DNA of 64,000 nucleotides from an uncultured Syntrophus sp. GTDB lineage: Bacteria > Desulfobacterota > Syntrophia > Syntrophales > UBA5619. Shown in pieces: positions 30,699-41,377 of the stretch. How positions within the stretch are numbered: the stretch's first letter is position 1; every line of letters starts with the position of its first letter. The stretch covers positions 2,941 through 66,940 of the forward strand of contig CAZKHU010000001.1 in the NCBI GenBank assembly GCA_964552725.1, read 5' to 3'. A program made the translations under genes and the position numbers. The notes below the pieces were generated by a model, which saw only the letters and a list, made by a program, of their open reading frames with translations, made no database searches and was not told the DNA's origin.

Positions 30699-31169
30699 TT
30701 ATACGGAAAGGTTCCTGAACAGATCGACCATCTCGATCGCGGACATGGCGGCATCCCAGCCCTTGTTTCCCATCTTGGCGCCGGCCCGTTCAATGGCCTG
30801 CTCGATAGTGTCCGTTGTCAGCACCCCAAAGGAAATCGGCACCTCTGTTTCCAGGCCGACCATGGCGATCCCTTTGGCAACCTCGGAACTGATGTACTCA
30901 AAATGGGGGGTGGCGCCCCGGATGACGGCGCCCAGACAGATTACGGCGTCGTATTTACCGCTTTTTGCCATCTTTTTCGCGGCAAGCGGCAATTCAAAGG
31001 CGCCGGGAACGCGAACGATCCTTATATCTTTTTCATCGCCGCCCGCCCTTTTGATCGCGTCTATCGCCCCCTCGATAAGGCGGGAGCCGATAAAGTCGTT
31101 GAAGCGACTGACCGCGATTCCGAACCGCATTCCCTTTGCAACTATCTTTCCTTCGATAATTTCCGGCAT
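30699..31169 (-). CDS. ribH: 6,7-dimethyl-8-ribityllumazine synthase
   Basis: [18 protein letters not shown] and GVLT motifs. Confidence 0.95.
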   Translation of the reverse strand: MPEIIEGKIVAKGMRFGIAVSRFNDFIGSRLIEGAIDAIKRAGGDEKDIRIVRVPGAFELPLAAKKMAKSGKYDAVICLGAVIRGATPHFEYISSEVAKGIAMVGLETEVPISFGVLTTDTIEQAIERAGAKMGNKGWDAAMSAIEMVDLFRNLSV

Positions 31170-31202
31170 CTTTCTTCTCCTTTGCTTGGGAAACGTTTCC
31201 TT

Positions 31203-32405
31203 CTACAACTCCAGAATATGTCCCATTTTGTTCTTTTTAGTTTGCAGGTATTTGATATTATGGTCGTTCGGCTCTATCTCGATCGGCACTCTCTCGGTGA
31301 CGGTGAGCCCGTATCCATCAAGGCCGACTATCTTCTTCGGGTTATTGGTCAGCAGGCGCATCTTTCTCACCCCCAGATCGGCGAGAATCTGGGCGCCGAT
31401 TCCATAATCCCGCAGATCCTCTTTAAAGCCGAGACTGATATTGGCCTCCACGGTGTCGAGGCCCTGATCCTGAAGATTGTACGCCTTCATTTTATTGACC
31501 AGCCCTATTCCGCGGCCTTCCTGGTGCATATAGACAAGCACTCCCTTGCCGGCTTCATCGATCATCTGCATTGCCCGGTGCAACTGGTCGCCGCAATCGC
31601 ATCTCTCGGAACCGAAGACATCGCCGGTCAAACACTCCGAATGCACCCGCACGAGAACCTCGTCCCCGGGGCCTATCTCCCCTTTTAACAATGCAACATG
31701 CTGAATATCGTCAACATCGTTCTCATAAACGATGAGCTTAAAAACGCCGCCATACCGCGTCGGGACGGTGGCCGTCGCCGCTCTGCGGATCAGGGATTCG
31801 TGCTGCATCCGGAAGTCGATCAGATCCTTGATCGTAACTATCTTGAGACCGAACTCTTTTGCAAATATCTCGAGATCGGGCATTCTCGCCATCGTGCCGT
31901 CATCCTTCATAATCTCGCAGATGACCCCGGCCGGCTTCAGGCCGGAAAGTCTCGCCAGATCGACGGAACCTTCCGTCTGGCCGGTTCGCACGAGCACCCC
32001 TCCCTTGCGGGCGCGGATAGGAAAGATGTGTCCGGGGCTGACGAGATCGTCCGGCTTCGCATTGTCGGCAACCGCAGCCAGGATAGTTGTCGCGCGGTCC
32101 GCCGCCGAAATGCCCGTCGTCACCCCCTGTTTGGCCTCAATGGAGACGGTAAAGGCGGTATTGAAACGGGAGCGGTTATCCCTGACCATCGCCGGCAGAC
32201 GCAGGTTATCGGCGGCTTCTTCGGTAAGGGTCAGGCAGATCAGCCCCCGGCCGTAGCGGGCCATGAAGTTTATCGCCTCCGGCGTAACAAATTCGGCCGC
32301 CATGAACAGATCGCCCTCGTTTTCGCGATCCTCATCATCCACGAGGATAACCATCCTGCCGCTGCGGATATCGACCATTGCCTCTTTGATGCTGCTTACG
32401 CCCAT
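31203..32405 (-). CDS. ribBA: bifunctional 3,4-dihydroxy-2-butanone-4-phosphate synthase / GTP cyclohydrolase II
   Basis: [11 protein letters not shown] (RibB) and [20 protein letters not shown] (RibA) motifs. Confidence 0.95.
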   Translation of the reverse strand: MGVSSIKEAMVDIRSGRMVILVDDEDRENEGDLFMAAEFVTPEAINFMARYGRGLICLTLTEEAADNLRLPAMVRDNRSRFNTAFTVSIEAKQGVTTGISAADRATTILAAVADNAKPDDLVSPGHIFPIRARKGGVLVRTGQTEGSVDLARLSGLKPAGVICEIMKDDGTMARMPDLEIFAKEFGLKIVTIKDLIDFRMQHESLIRRAATATVPTRYGGVFKLIVYENDVDDIQHVALLKGEIGPGDEVLVRVHSECLTGDVFGSERCDCGDQLHRAMQMIDEAGKGVLVYMHQEGRGIGLVNKMKAYNLQDQGLDTVEANISLGFKEDLRDYGIGAQILADLGVRKMRLLTNNPKKIVGLDGYGLTVTERVPIEIEPNDHNIKYLQTKKNKMGHILEL

Positions 32406-32479
32406 AATGTCTCCCCTGATATTATCCCAGAATCCGTCCGCAAAATCGCCAGACAGGAAACCTGAATTGCCTGTCTTTG

Positions 32480-33163
32480 TTATTTAATAAAACCGTAACG
32501 GGACAGCATTTCCAGACTGATCCCCTCTTTCGTTCCCCCTTCCGGCTGTCCCACAGCGCCCGGGTTGCTGCCGATCACAAGTTTCTCCAGGTATCTGGCG
32601 ATAATGTCGGTTTCAATATTGACGTCATCGCCCTCTTTTTTCATCCCGAGCGTTGTCCCGGCGGCTGTATGCGGGATGACGTTAACATAAAATCTGTCAT
32701 TTTCACAGAGGTTGACGGTAAGGCTTATCCCGTCTACGGTTATCGACCCCTTGACTGCGACATACCTCGCCAATTCCGGACTGATTGCAACCCCGAACAA
32801 CAAAGACCCGGAACGGGGAGTTTTCTCGATTATCTTCCCTGTGCCATCGACATGGCCGAGTACAATGTGCCCTCCCAGACGGTCGCTGAGCCGCAACGCC
32901 TTTTCGAGATTGACCTGCCTGCCGGGCTGCAGATTACGGAGCGTCGTCATAGAGACAGTTTCCGCCGAGACATCCGCGGCAAACAAGCGTCCGGAAATGG
33001 CTGTAACCGTCAAACAGGCGCCGCTGACCGCAATGCTGTCCCCCGGTTTCACATCGCCGAGAGGCATCCTGGTTTCTATTTCCAGCAGGGCGTCTTCTCC
33101 CCGGCTCTCCATCCGCCGGACTGACCCCGTCGCCTCGATTATTCCCGTGAACAATATCATCAC
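32480..33163 (-). CDS. ribE: riboflavin synthase
   Basis: FTGIIE start and duplicated [13 protein letters not shown] / [12 protein letters not shown] lumazine-binding repeats. Confidence 0.9.
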   Translation of the reverse strand: MMILFTGIIEATGSVRRMESRGEDALLEIETRMPLGDVKPGDSIAVSGACLTVTAISGRLFAADVSAETVSMTTLRNLQPGRQVNLEKALRLSDRLGGHIVLGHVDGTGKIIEKTPRSGSLLFGVAISPELARYVAVKGSITVDGISLTVNLCENDRFYVNVIPHTAAGTTLGMKKEGDDVNIETDIIARYLEKLVIGSNPGAVGQPEGGTKEGISLEMLSRYGFIK

Positions 33164-33705
33164 CCCTGCTTGTTCTTCTTCCCTTTTGCCTGAACGGCAA
33201 ACGCCGCCCTGGGGGCATCAGTCTCCGCATTGCGACTATTAAACTTCGCTTTCTTCTTGCGCAGAATTTCCTTCAATTCATCAAAAAAATCGCTTACATC
33301 GCGAAATTCACGGTAAACCGAGGCAAAACGCACATAGGCAACGCCGTCGAGCTTCTGCAGCTCCTGCATAATTGCTTCACCAATCACCTGGGAGGGAATC
33401 TCTTTGCCCGGAAAATCCTGGCAGGCGCGTTTCACATTTTCCACAACGGTTTCGATGGAATCCGTGCTTATCGGACGTTTCTCACACGCCTTCTTGATGC
33501 CGGAGCTTATCTTTACCAGGTCGAAAGGCTCCCGGCGGTCATCCTTCTTAACGACAACCGGAAGCACTTCCTCAACGAATTCGTGAGTTGTAAAACGCTT
33601 CCCGCAACCCAGACACTCCCGCCTCCGTCTTATTTCATTTCCGTCCCTGCTGATTCTTGAATCTGTAACCCGGTCTTCATAATAGCCGCAAAAAGGGCAC
33701 TTCAT
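33160..33705 (-). CDS. nrdR: transcriptional repressor NrdR (with about 30-aa basic C-terminal tail)
   Basis: MKCPFCG...[10 protein letters not shown] zinc ribbon plus an ATP-cone. The stop overlaps the ribE start by 4 nt. Confidence 0.9.
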   Translation of the reverse strand: MKCPFCGYYEDRVTDSRISRDGNEIRRRRECLGCGKRFTTHEFVEEVLPVVVKKDDRREPFDLVKISSGIKKACEKRPISTDSIETVVENVKRACQDFPGKEIPSQVIGEAIMQELQKLDGVAYVRFASVYREFRDVSDFFDELKEILRKKKAKFNSRNAETDAPRAAFAVQAKGKKNKQG

Positions 33706-34160
33706 CGCAGCCTGACCTCAATCCCCGCCTCAGTCAGCATATCTTTCGCAAGCGGGTCGTGGTAATCGTTGCTGACCACTGCGCCAACAACCCCGGCATT
33801 GATCAGCATTTTTGCACAGATGCTGCACGGGTAGTTTGTGCAGTACAGGGTGGCGCCCCTGGTGCCGGCTCCATGCAGGGCCGCCTGAATAACGGCGTTT
33901 TGTTCGGCATGCAGCCCCCGGCAGAGTTCATGACGTTCGCCGGAGGGGATATGATGCGTCTCCCTGAGACACCCAACCTCGCCGCAGTGGCTGACGCCTG
34001 TTGGCGCTCCATTGTATCCGGTGGCAATGATAAATCGGTCGCGGACAAGAACAGCGCCTACATGACGCCGGAGGCAGGTCGAACGCCTGGCCACGACACT
34101 GGCGATTTCCAGGAAATAATCATCCCAGGGGGGACGCATGTTTTCTTTTTCTGTGGCCAT
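33702..34160 (-). CDS. dCMP deaminase family protein (ComEB-like)
   Basis: WDDYFLEIA...[12 protein letters not shown]...GYNG...HAEQNA...PCSICAKM zinc-deaminase motifs. Confidence 0.85.
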   Translation of the reverse strand: MATEKENMRPPWDDYFLEIASVVARRSTCLRRHVGAVLVRDRFIIATGYNGAPTGVSHCGEVGCLRETHHIPSGERHELCRGLHAEQNAVIQAALHGAGTRGATLYCTNYPCSICAKMLINAGVVGAVVSNDYHDPLAKDMLTEAGIEVRLR

Positions 34161-34204
34161 TTTTTATTGCTGCCCCCTCCTTCGGCACTAAATGGAGATT
34201 CAAA

Positions 34205-35461
34205 TCAGCGATTATCCCTTATTCTTTCCGGATAGAGAGGGAAGCGTTCGCACAGAACGCCAACCTCCTGCCTTACCTGGGCAAGTCTTTTTTCGTCGTG
34301 AATATTCCGCAGCACGGAGGCAAAAAAACCGGCGATCCGCTTCATCTCGGGTTCTTTCATTCCCCTTGTCGTCAGGGCGGGAGAGCCGATACGGATTCCA
34401 CTTGTTGTTTGCGCTCCCCTTGTATCGTAAGGTATGCGGTTTTTGTTTATGGTAATGCCGGCCCGGTCAAGGGCTGACTGCGCCTCGCTCCCGGAGATGC
34501 CGAGATTCGTTAAATCCACCAGCAGCAGATGGTTGTCGGTGCCGCCTGTCACAAGACGGAAACCATCCGCAAGCAGTTCATCGGCAAGCGTTTTGGCGTT
34601 TTTGACGATCTGCCCCTGGTAGATCCGGAATTCCCCGGTCAGGGCCTCCTTCATCGCCACCGCCTTGGCCGCGATGATATGCATGAGCGGACCTCCCTGC
34701 ATGCCGGGAAAGATGCTTTCGTCCAGTTTCTTCGCGTATTGATTCTTGCAGAGAATGAGCCCGCCGCGGGGACCGCGGAGGGTCTTGTGGGTGGTCATGG
34801 TGACGAACTCGCAGGACGGCACCGGCGAGGGGTGAAGGCCGGCGGCTACCAGACCGCCAATGTGGGCAATATCGGCCAAAAGCAGCGCCCCGTTCTCGTC
34901 GGCGATTTTCCGGAATTTTTCATAATCGATAATCCGGGGATAGGCGCTGGCGCCGACGACGATGATCCGGGGATGATGCTGCCGGGCCAGGGCTGCAACC
35001 TGCTCGAAATCGATGGTTTCCGTTTCCCGGTCAACCCCGTAGAAAAAGCTCCTGTATAATTTGCCGGAAAAACTGACCGGGCTCCCATGGGAAAGATGCC
35101 CGCCATGGGAAAGATCCATGCCCAGAATAGTGTCTCCGGGTTTCAGTACCGTGCAATAGACCGCCATATTGGCCTGAACGCCGGCGTGCGGCTGGACATT
35201 CGCATGGTCGGCCCCGAAGAGTTTTTTACTCCGGTCAATCGCCAGTTGCTCCACAATATCGACAAATTCGCACCCGCCGTAATACCGGCGCCCCGGATAT
35301 CCCTCGGCGTACTTGTTTGTCATAACGCTTCCCTGGGCCTCCAGAACCGCCTCGCTGACAAAATTTTCCGAGGCGATCATCTCCAGGTTACCGGACTGCC
35401 TTCTCGTTTCCCGGCTTATGGCGTCCGCAACTTCCGGGTCGGCCTGCATCAAATAGGACAT
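34205..35461 (-). CDS. glyA: serine hydroxymethyltransferase
   Basis: [22 protein letters not shown] and [12 protein letters not shown] (PLP lysine) motifs. Start moved to [11 protein letters not shown] (GGAGG 11 nt upstream). Confidence 0.95.
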   Translation of the reverse strand: MSYLMQADPEVADAISRETRRQSGNLEMIASENFVSEAVLEAQGSVMTNKYAEGYPGRRYYGGCEFVDIVEQLAIDRSKKLFGADHANVQPHAGVQANMAVYCTVLKPGDTILGMDLSHGGHLSHGSPVSFSGKLYRSFFYGVDRETETIDFEQVAALARQHHPRIIVVGASAYPRIIDYEKFRKIADENGALLLADIAHIGGLVAAGLHPSPVPSCEFVTMTTHKTLRGPRGGLILCKNQYAKKLDESIFPGMQGGPLMHIIAAKAVAMKEALTGEFRIYQGQIVKNAKTLADELLADGFRLVTGGTDNHLLLVDLTNLGISGSEAQSALDRAGITINKNRIPYDTRGAQTTSGIRIGSPALTTRGMKEPEMKRIAGFFASVLRNIHDEKRLAQVRQEVGVLCERFPLYPERIRDNR

Positions 35462-35541
35462 CTGCCTCATTTCCTCCTGCTGCCATGACATGCATACACG
35501 GCTTTTTCTCTTTACAACAGCCACTTACTCCTTCGCAAACA

Positions 35542-36000
35542 TCAGGCCTTCGCTTCCCGTTCCCATCCGTCTATTTTCTCTATGCGCACTTTGTGACGTC
35601 CCCCCTCGAACGGCGTGTCGAGCCATGTCTGAAGAATATTTCTGGCAATTTCCGGGTCGGTTTTTCTCCCCGCGAGAACAAGAACATTGGAATCGTTGTG
35701 CAGGCGGCTCAGTCGGGCCGTTTCAGCATCCAGGCAAAGCGCTCCCCGGACGGCGGGAAAGCGGTTGGCGACAATCGACATCCCGATCCCGGAGCCGCAT
35801 ATCAGAATTCCCCTGGGAAAAAGCCCCGTTGAAACGGCTTCGGCAACCTTTTTGCCAAAATCAGGATAATCCACTGAATCCTCACTGTCTGTCCCGACAT
35901 CGGCAACGAAAAATCCCCTGCCTTCGAGAAACGGCTTGAGGGCCTCTTTCAGGGAAAAACCCGCATGATCCGCTCCGATAATGATCCTGTCTGTCGCCAA
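35542..36000 (-). CDS. rpiB: ribose-5-phosphate isomerase B
   Basis: IIIGADHAGFSLKE, ICGSGIGMSI and NDSNVL motifs. Confidence 0.9.
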   Translation of the reverse strand: MATDRIIIGADHAGFSLKEALKPFLEGRGFFVADVGTDSEDSVDYPDFGKKVAEAVSTGLFPRGILICGSGIGMSIVANRFPAVRGALCLDAETARLSRLHNDSNVLVLAGRKTDPEIARNILQTWLDTPFEGGRHKVRIEKIDGWEREAKA

Positions 36001-36002
36001 AG

Positions 36003-37292
36003 CTACCCCTCGAATCTTCTTAGAATAAGCACCGCATTGACCCCGCCGAAGCCAAAGGTGTTGGACATCGCCGTTTTAATGTTCATTTTTCTCGCCGCAC
36101 CGGGAACATAGTCCAGATCGCAGAGGGGATCGGGGTTGTCGAGGTTGATCGTCGGCGGAACAATTCCCTCCCCGATTGCCTTAAGGCAGAAAATCGCCTC
36201 CAAGGCGCCGGTTGCGCCGAGGAGATGGCCGGTCATCGATTTTGTCGAACTTACCGGGATCTCTTTTGCGTGTCCGCCAAAAACGGCCTTTATCGCCTCG
36301 GTCTCATACGAATCATTCAGATTCGTTGATGTGCCATGGGCATTTATGTAATCTATTTTCGCGCCGTCGATTTGCGCATCCGCAAGGGCCGCCTTCATGC
36401 AGCGGGCCGCGCCTTCGTGCCCGGGAGGCGGGGCAGCCATATGATAGGCATCGCTTGTCAGTCCATAGCCGACAAGCTCTCCGTGTATCGTCGCCCCCCG
36501 CGCGAGCGCATGGGAAAGCTCTTCCAGAACGACTATTCCTGAACCTTCGCTGACGACGAAACCGTCCCGGTCAACATCGAAGGGACGACTTGCCTTTTGC
36601 GGTTCGTCATTCCTTGTGGAAATCGCCTGCATTGCATTGAAACCGGCGATGCAGAGCTCCGTCACCGCCGCCTCCGCTCCGCCCGCGATCATTGCGTCGG
36701 CATATCCGTCGGCAATGAGACGCGCGGCGTCTCCTATCGCGCAGGCGCCGGATGAACACGCGGCAACGGGACAGTTGATCGGCCCTTTGGCCCCAAATCT
36801 TATCGAAACATGCCCGGCGGCAAGGTTGGACAGAACAGCGGGAATTGTAAAAGGGGAGAGTCTGCGGCTTGGACCCAGCAGCATCGCCTCTTTGGATTTT
36901 TCTATAGTTGCCAGACCCCCTATCGCCGAACCGATAACGACCCCTGTACGCTCGGCGTTTTCCTCATTTATGACCAGCCCCGCATCGGCCATCGCCATCG
37001 CCGCCGCCGCTATCGCGTAGATTATAAAGCCGTCCAGACGTCGCACCTCTTTTCGGTTGAGATAATCGAGAGGGTCGAACCCCTTAAGTTCGCCGGCAAT
37101 CTTTGTTTCTACGTGTTTGGGGTCGAAGACCGTAATTCGGTCGATGCCGGATTTACCGCGGCAAACCGCCGTCCAGGTCTCCGTCAGGTTATTGCCGAGC
37201 GGCGTCAAGGCGCCCATTCCGGTAATGACTATCCTTCTTTGCAAAAGTTCCCCTTTTCCACTGTTTTCAGCGCTGCATAAATCCGGGATCAT
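36003..37292 (-). CDS. fabF: beta-ketoacyl-ACP synthase II
   Basis: RRIVITGMG, active-site ACSSGA, HGTST and GFGGVNA motifs. An alternative TTG start lies at 37244. Confidence 0.93.
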   Translation of the reverse strand: MIPDLCSAENSGKGELLQRRIVITGMGALTPLGNNLTETWTAVCRGKSGIDRITVFDPKHVETKIAGELKGFDPLDYLNRKEVRRLDGFIIYAIAAAAMAMADAGLVINEENAERTGVVIGSAIGGLATIEKSKEAMLLGPSRRLSPFTIPAVLSNLAAGHVSIRFGAKGPINCPVAACSSGACAIGDAARLIADGYADAMIAGGAEAAVTELCIAGFNAMQAISTRNDEPQKASRPFDVDRDGFVVSEGSGIVVLEELSHALARGATIHGELVGYGLTSDAYHMAAPPPGHEGAARCMKAALADAQIDGAKIDYINAHGTSTNLNDSYETEAIKAVFGGHAKEIPVSSTKSMTGHLLGATGALEAIFCLKAIGEGIVPPTINLDNPDPLCDLDYVPGAARKMNIKTAMSNTFGFGGVNAVLILRRFEG

Positions 37293-37534
37293 CCATTCCA
37301 GACAACATTCCGGCTATGGAGAAATTCCGTAACATCCTTGATGGAGCGGATCTTTTCCAGTTCGTTGTCGGCAATGTGAATATCGAACGTCTCCTCCATT
37401 TCCATAATAAGTTCGACCAGATCGAGGGAGTCTGCCCCCAGATCGTCAATGAACGACGCCTCGGGCACACACTCTTCCCGGGTAACATTCAACTGCTCGG
37501 CAATAATATCGATAATTTTCTCGTCCAGCGTCAT
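37289..37534 (-). CDS. acpP: acyl carrier protein
   Basis: [17 protein letters not shown] phosphopantetheine-attachment motif. GAAGGAGGAG SD upstream. Confidence 0.9.
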   Translation of the reverse strand: MTLDEKIIDIIAEQLNVTREECVPEASFIDDLGADSLDLVELIMEMEETFDIHIADNELEKIRSIKDVTEFLHSRNVVWNG

Positions 37535-37660
37535 CGGAATTCTCCTCCTTCAATCAGGGTCGCCCTTCCGGGGCATATTACAGCAAGATATAAATTTATT
37601 GGCCTTATGCTTACGTTATCGTTCAGGTTGCTGAGCCGCCGGTCCGGCGCCCAGCCCATG

Positions 37661-38614
37661 TCAGTTCTGCGGTTTGTTCAGTTCCGCAACGGTTTCCTCC
37701 AGAGAACCCTGATCCTCCCCGTTGAGGAGGCGAAACCGCCTGTCGATTCGCCTGATCAGTCCCGAAAGAATCCTTTTGGGACCCAGCTCCACGATTGTAT
37801 CGACGCCCATTGCGGCCATTTTCAGCACGGTTGCGCGCCATAAGACGGGGGTTCTGATCTGCCTGGTCAGGAGCTCCCGGGTCTGCCCGGCGGTGTGGAA
37901 GACTGAAGGATCGCAATTCGGAATGACCGGAGGCGAACAATCCCGGAATTCCACAGAAGCCAGGGCGGAGGCAAATTTTTCGGCAGCTCCGGCGAGCAGA
38001 CTGCAATGGCAGGGAACGCTTATCGGCAGAATAACGGCGCGCACGCCCTCTTTCCGCTCGGCGGCCGCCGCCGCCGCCGAGATGGCTGCCGTGTGGCCGG
38101 AGATGACTATCTGCCCAGGGGAGTTTTCTATCGCAACCTCAACAATCGAGTTGCCTGTTCCGGCAACGGATCGGCATAGATCGTCCACATCCTTCCGTTC
38201 CAGCCCAATGATGGCGGCCATTGCCCCCTCTCCGACGGGAACCGCTTCCTGATGAAGCTGCGCCCTTCTTTTGACAAGCGCCAGACAACTCCGCAAATCT
38301 ACCGCTCCGGCAGCATGCAGGGCAGAATATTCGCCCAGACTGTGGCCCGCCATGACAACCGGTTTTTCGCCAACCATGCCGGAAAAGGCCCGCCAGGCGG
38401 CGATTTCGACAGTAAGAATGGATATCTGGGTATTGACGGTAAGATCGAGCAGTTCCTGGGGACCCCTGAAGCAAAGCTTCGCCATATCCGTGCCGAAGAC
38501 GTCGGACGCCTCAGAAAAAAGCTCTCTGACGCTCTGATATTGACGGTAGAGACTCTCCCCCATCCCCGGATATTGTGAACCCTGCCCCGGGAAAACAACC
38601 GCAACTTTGCCCAT
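37661..38614 (-). CDS. fabD: malonyl CoA-ACP transacylase
   Basis: VFPGQGSQYPGMG and GHSLGEYSAL motifs. Start moved to MGKVAVVF (38614). Confidence 0.9.
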   Translation of the reverse strand: MGKVAVVFPGQGSQYPGMGESLYRQYQSVRELFSEASDVFGTDMAKLCFRGPQELLDLTVNTQISILTVEIAAWRAFSGMVGEKPVVMAGHSLGEYSALHAAGAVDLRSCLALVKRRAQLHQEAVPVGEGAMAAIIGLERKDVDDLCRSVAGTGNSIVEVAIENSPGQIVISGHTAAISAAAAAAERKEGVRAVILPISVPCHCSLLAGAAEKFASALASVEFRDCSPPVIPNCDPSVFHTAGQTRELLTRQIRTPVLWRATVLKMAAMGVDTIVELGPKRILSGLIRRIDRRFRLLNGEDQGSLEETVAELNKPQN

Positions 38615-38637
38615 AAGGAAACACCCGCTCAGCAGAT

Positions 38638-38823
38638 TCAGGATGCCTTTTCCAGCGGAACAACTTCCCTGCCCTTGTAGGAGCCGCAAGTCGGACAGAC
38701 ATGGTGCGGCAGCTTAGGCTCATGACACTGAGAACATGTCGATAATGAAGGGGTTTTCAAAAAATCGTGCGCCCTTCTCATATTTTTTCTCGATTTTGAG
38801 TGCCTTTTTACTGGATTTGCCAT
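38638..38823 (-). CDS. rpmF: 50S ribosomal protein L32
   Basis: [19 protein letters not shown] and the C..C...C..CG zinc ribbon. Confidence 0.9.
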   Translation of the reverse strand: MANPVKRHSKSRKNMRRAHDFLKTPSLSTCSQCHEPKLPHHVCPTCGSYKGREVVPLEKAS

Positions 38824-38843
38824 CGTTATAACTCCTCTTTAAT

Positions 38844-39374
38844 TTAATGTTCCAACTTAATCTGTTTCAGAACGGCAAGCCGCTCTTCTATTGCCTCGCT
38901 TCGGCAGTTGCAGGTTTCCCTGTTGAGATTGACGCCGCAATGGGGACACAGCCCCCTGCACGATTCGGCACAGAGCGGCTTCATGGGAATCTGCAGCATG
39001 ACCTGCTCAAAAACAATCTCTTCGAGATCAATAACATCCCCTTCGTAATACTGAAAATCCAGATCTGCGGCGTTGAGTTCCGCATCCTCCTCCGCTGCCG
39101 GCAAGGCCGGGGAAAAGGTGTAGTTGAAGGGCGCCTGAAGCGACAGCTCCGTCATTTCGAGGCAGCGACCGCAGGGCGCCTCCGCTTTCACCCTGATGCC
39201 CCCCTCGACATAGATGTTATCCCCTACCTTGCGCACCATACAGGAAAAATCAAGCCGATGCAGTAAAAAACCGCCGGCCTCTTCGTCCGCCAGAAATTGT
39301 CGGAACCATTCGCCGTTCCTGTCAAAATCCAGGCTCATCCCCTCTTCGGGCATGGTGTTGATATTGATCTTCAA
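38844..39374 (-). CDS. yceD: YceD/DUF177 family protein (large-subunit ribosomal accumulation protein)
   Basis: C-terminal CAESCRGLCPHCGVNLN...CNC motif, and the canonical position upstream of rpmF. The track ORF extends to 39719, but the expected length is about 175 aa. The exact start (39353-39383) is uncertain. Confidence 0.7.
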   Translation of the reverse strand: MKININTMPEEGMSLDFDRNGEWFRQFLADEEAGGFLLHRLDFSCMVRKVGDNIYVEGGIRVKAEAPCGRCLEMTELSLQAPFNYTFSPALPAAEEDAELNAADLDFQYYEGDVIDLEEIVFEQVMLQIPMKPLCAESCRGLCPHCGVNLNRETCNCRSEAIEERLAVLKQIKLEH

Positions 39375-39498
39375 AAAACTCACCCTTCTGCAATCTGCGG
39401 AACGTTTTTCCCTTTTGACGGGGCGCCCGATAAAGTGAGGAAGTAGATTATAAACAGCTTGAATTGTCAAGAATAATTTCATCGTCGTAGGTTCGTTC

Positions 39499-39527
39499 TT
39501 GACAGGGCGCCCTCTTCCGGATAGAGT
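39499..39527 (+). promoter_or_regulatory. candidate sigma-70-type promoter upstream of the LarA-like gene
   Basis: TTGACA-17 nt-TAGAGT, ending about 50 nt before ATG 39577. Based on a motif match only. Confidence 0.35.
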
Positions 39528-39576
39528 CCAAAAAGTTTTTTCCCGATGGAGATGAGGCAACTGAAAGGAAACTGCC

Positions 39577-41019
39577 ATGCAAAACGATATGTTCGAATCT
39601 TCCTGTGAAATTGACATCGGCAACTGGAAAGCGCTGCCGCTGGAGTATGGTCCCTGCCAGCTTTCAGTCCGCCTCCCTCCGGACTGCGAGCTGATCAGCA
39701 TGAGGACAATCCCGGTCATCGCCTCTCCCGGCGACGCCTACCGCGAGGCGCTTTCGCATCCAATCGGCAGCCCGACGCTTGGAGAAATAATCAGAGCGAA
39801 GGGCAAGCCTCCTGCACAGCTCACGGCAGCCATCTCCGTCTCCGACATTACCCGCCCCGTACCCTACAAGGGAGAAAACGGGCTTCTTTTTCCACTGCTA
39901 TCGCTCATGGAGGCAGAAGGGATTGCCCGGGAAAACATAGTGCTGATAATCGGCAACGGCATGCACCGACCCAGCAGCCCCGCAGAACGGCTCGAAATGT
40001 ACGGCGAGGATATCGTCGCCCGCTACCGGATACTGGATCATGACTGCGAGAATGACGCCCTTCTGTCGTTTATCGGAGAAAGTGAAACCGGCGGAAATAT
40101 CTTTGTAAACAGCGCCTTCTTCAATGCAGACGTCAAAATCTCAACAGGCCTTGTGGAGAGTCACTTCATGGCGGGGTTTTCCGGCGGGCGCAAGGGGGTT
40201 TGCCCCGGTCTCGTTGACCGGCGAACCATCCAGAAATTTCATGGCCCGGGTTTCCTCGAATCGCCCCGCGCGGAAAACATGATTCTTCAGGGGAATCCCT
40301 GCCACGAAGAGGCGCTGGCCGTCGCCAGAAAGGTCGGCGTCGATTTCATTGTCAATACGACCCTCGACCGGGACATGCGGCTGACCGGAGTGTTCGCCGG
40401 CCATATAGAAGCGGCGCACGAGGCGGCGACAGAAATGGTGCGGCATTATGTATCGGCGCCCATAGAACATGAATACGATATCGTTCTTACTCACGGCGGC
40501 TATGTCGGCCGCAACCACTATCAGGCGGTGAAAGCTGCCTACAACGCCCTGCCGGCTGTTCGGAAGGGTGGCATTCTCATCATGGCTACAGACAACCGCG
40601 ATACGGAACCAATCGGCGGAATGGAATATCAGAGCCTTCTCCACCTGCTGAAAATGCAGGGGCCGGAGAATTATCTGCGGATGCTGGAGGCGCCGGGATG
40701 GCGCTTCACCAAGGATCAGTGGGAGCCGGAGATGTGGGGAAAGGTGTTTCGCAAGATCGGCGAAAAGCGTTTTTACTACCTTACCCATGCGATACCGCGC
40801 GAAAAATACTCGATTATTCCCGGCAATTCCTGTTTTGACCTGACGGAAAACGCGATTGGGGAAAATCCCGCCGATTCCGTCCCGCAGATGGTGGAAAACG
40901 CTCTGCGCTGCGCCGTGGCCGACTACCAAAGAAGGGGCATAAAACCGAGCGTGGCGTTTATCCGGGAAGGACCCTACACAATCCCCACCCTCGCAGCGGG
41001 GCAGGCGGAAAATCGCTGA
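39577..41019 (+). CDS. LarA-family (nickel-pincer-dependent lactate racemase-like, DUF2088) protein
   Basis: About 480 aa with the family signature STGLVESHFMAGFSGGRKGVCPG and the N-terminal layout typical of LarA homologues. Confidence 0.8.
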   Translation: MQNDMFESSCEIDIGNWKALPLEYGPCQLSVRLPPDCELISMRTIPVIASPGDAYREALSHPIGSPTLGEIIRAKGKPPAQLTAAISVSDITRPVPYKGENGLLFPLLSLMEAEGIARENIVLIIGNGMHRPSSPAERLEMYGEDIVARYRILDHDCENDALLSFIGESETGGNIFVNSAFFNADVKISTGLVESHFMAGFSGGRKGVCPGLVDRRTIQKFHGPGFLESPRAENMILQGNPCHEEALAVARKVGVDFIVNTTLDRDMRLTGVFAGHIEAAHEAATEMVRHYVSAPIEHEYDIVLTHGGYVGRNHYQAVKAAYNALPAVRKGGILIMATDNRDTEPIGGMEYQSLLHLLKMQGPENYLRMLEAPGWRFTKDQWEPEMWGKVFRKIGEKRFYYLTHAIPREKYSIIPGNSCFDLTENAIGENPADSVPQMVENALRCAVADYQRRGIKPSVAFIREGPYTIPTLAAGQAENR

Positions 41020-41028
41020 GAAACCCCG

Positions 41029-41257
41029 ATGCTTCTCTCCGGGGGAACCTTTTTCCCTCTGACAAACCTGCCGGACTGGGCGCAGACAACGGCACTCTTC
41101 TTCCCGTTGACCCATCTGGCGAACCTCTCCCGCTCGTTTGCCGCCGGCAAGATAAATGCGTCCATCCTGCCTGCATGGAATAGTCTATCTTGCCTTTTTC
41201 TGCATGGCAACCTTCCCCACAGCGTTGTATTTAATGCGGCGACGTCTCATAAAATAA
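41029..41257 (+). pseudogene. 3' remnant of an ABC-2-type transporter permease gene (5'-truncated and frameshifted)
   Basis: LLSGGTFFPLTNLPDWAQTTALFFPLTHLANLSR matches the C-terminal permease signature. The expected last TM plus basic tail (GIVYLAFFCMATFPTALYLMRRRLIK*) is encoded in a different frame, ending at 41257. No upstream permease sequence is present. Confidence 0.55.
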
Positions 41258-41377
41258 TTTTTTCCGTTAACATTTTCATTGACTGTCATCCATCTTCTGA
41301 TTTATTATGAAATCGGCAGGGTTGTATCTTAATTAAAGAAGTTTAAACCTCTTCACCGAAGAAAGGAGGAACAGAAA

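Noticed and set aside
39375-39719. N-terminal 115 codons of the 291-aa yceD track ORF
   Set aside because: YceD/DUF177 proteins are about 170-180 aa. The extension has no SD and would run into the divergent promoter region of the LarA-like gene.
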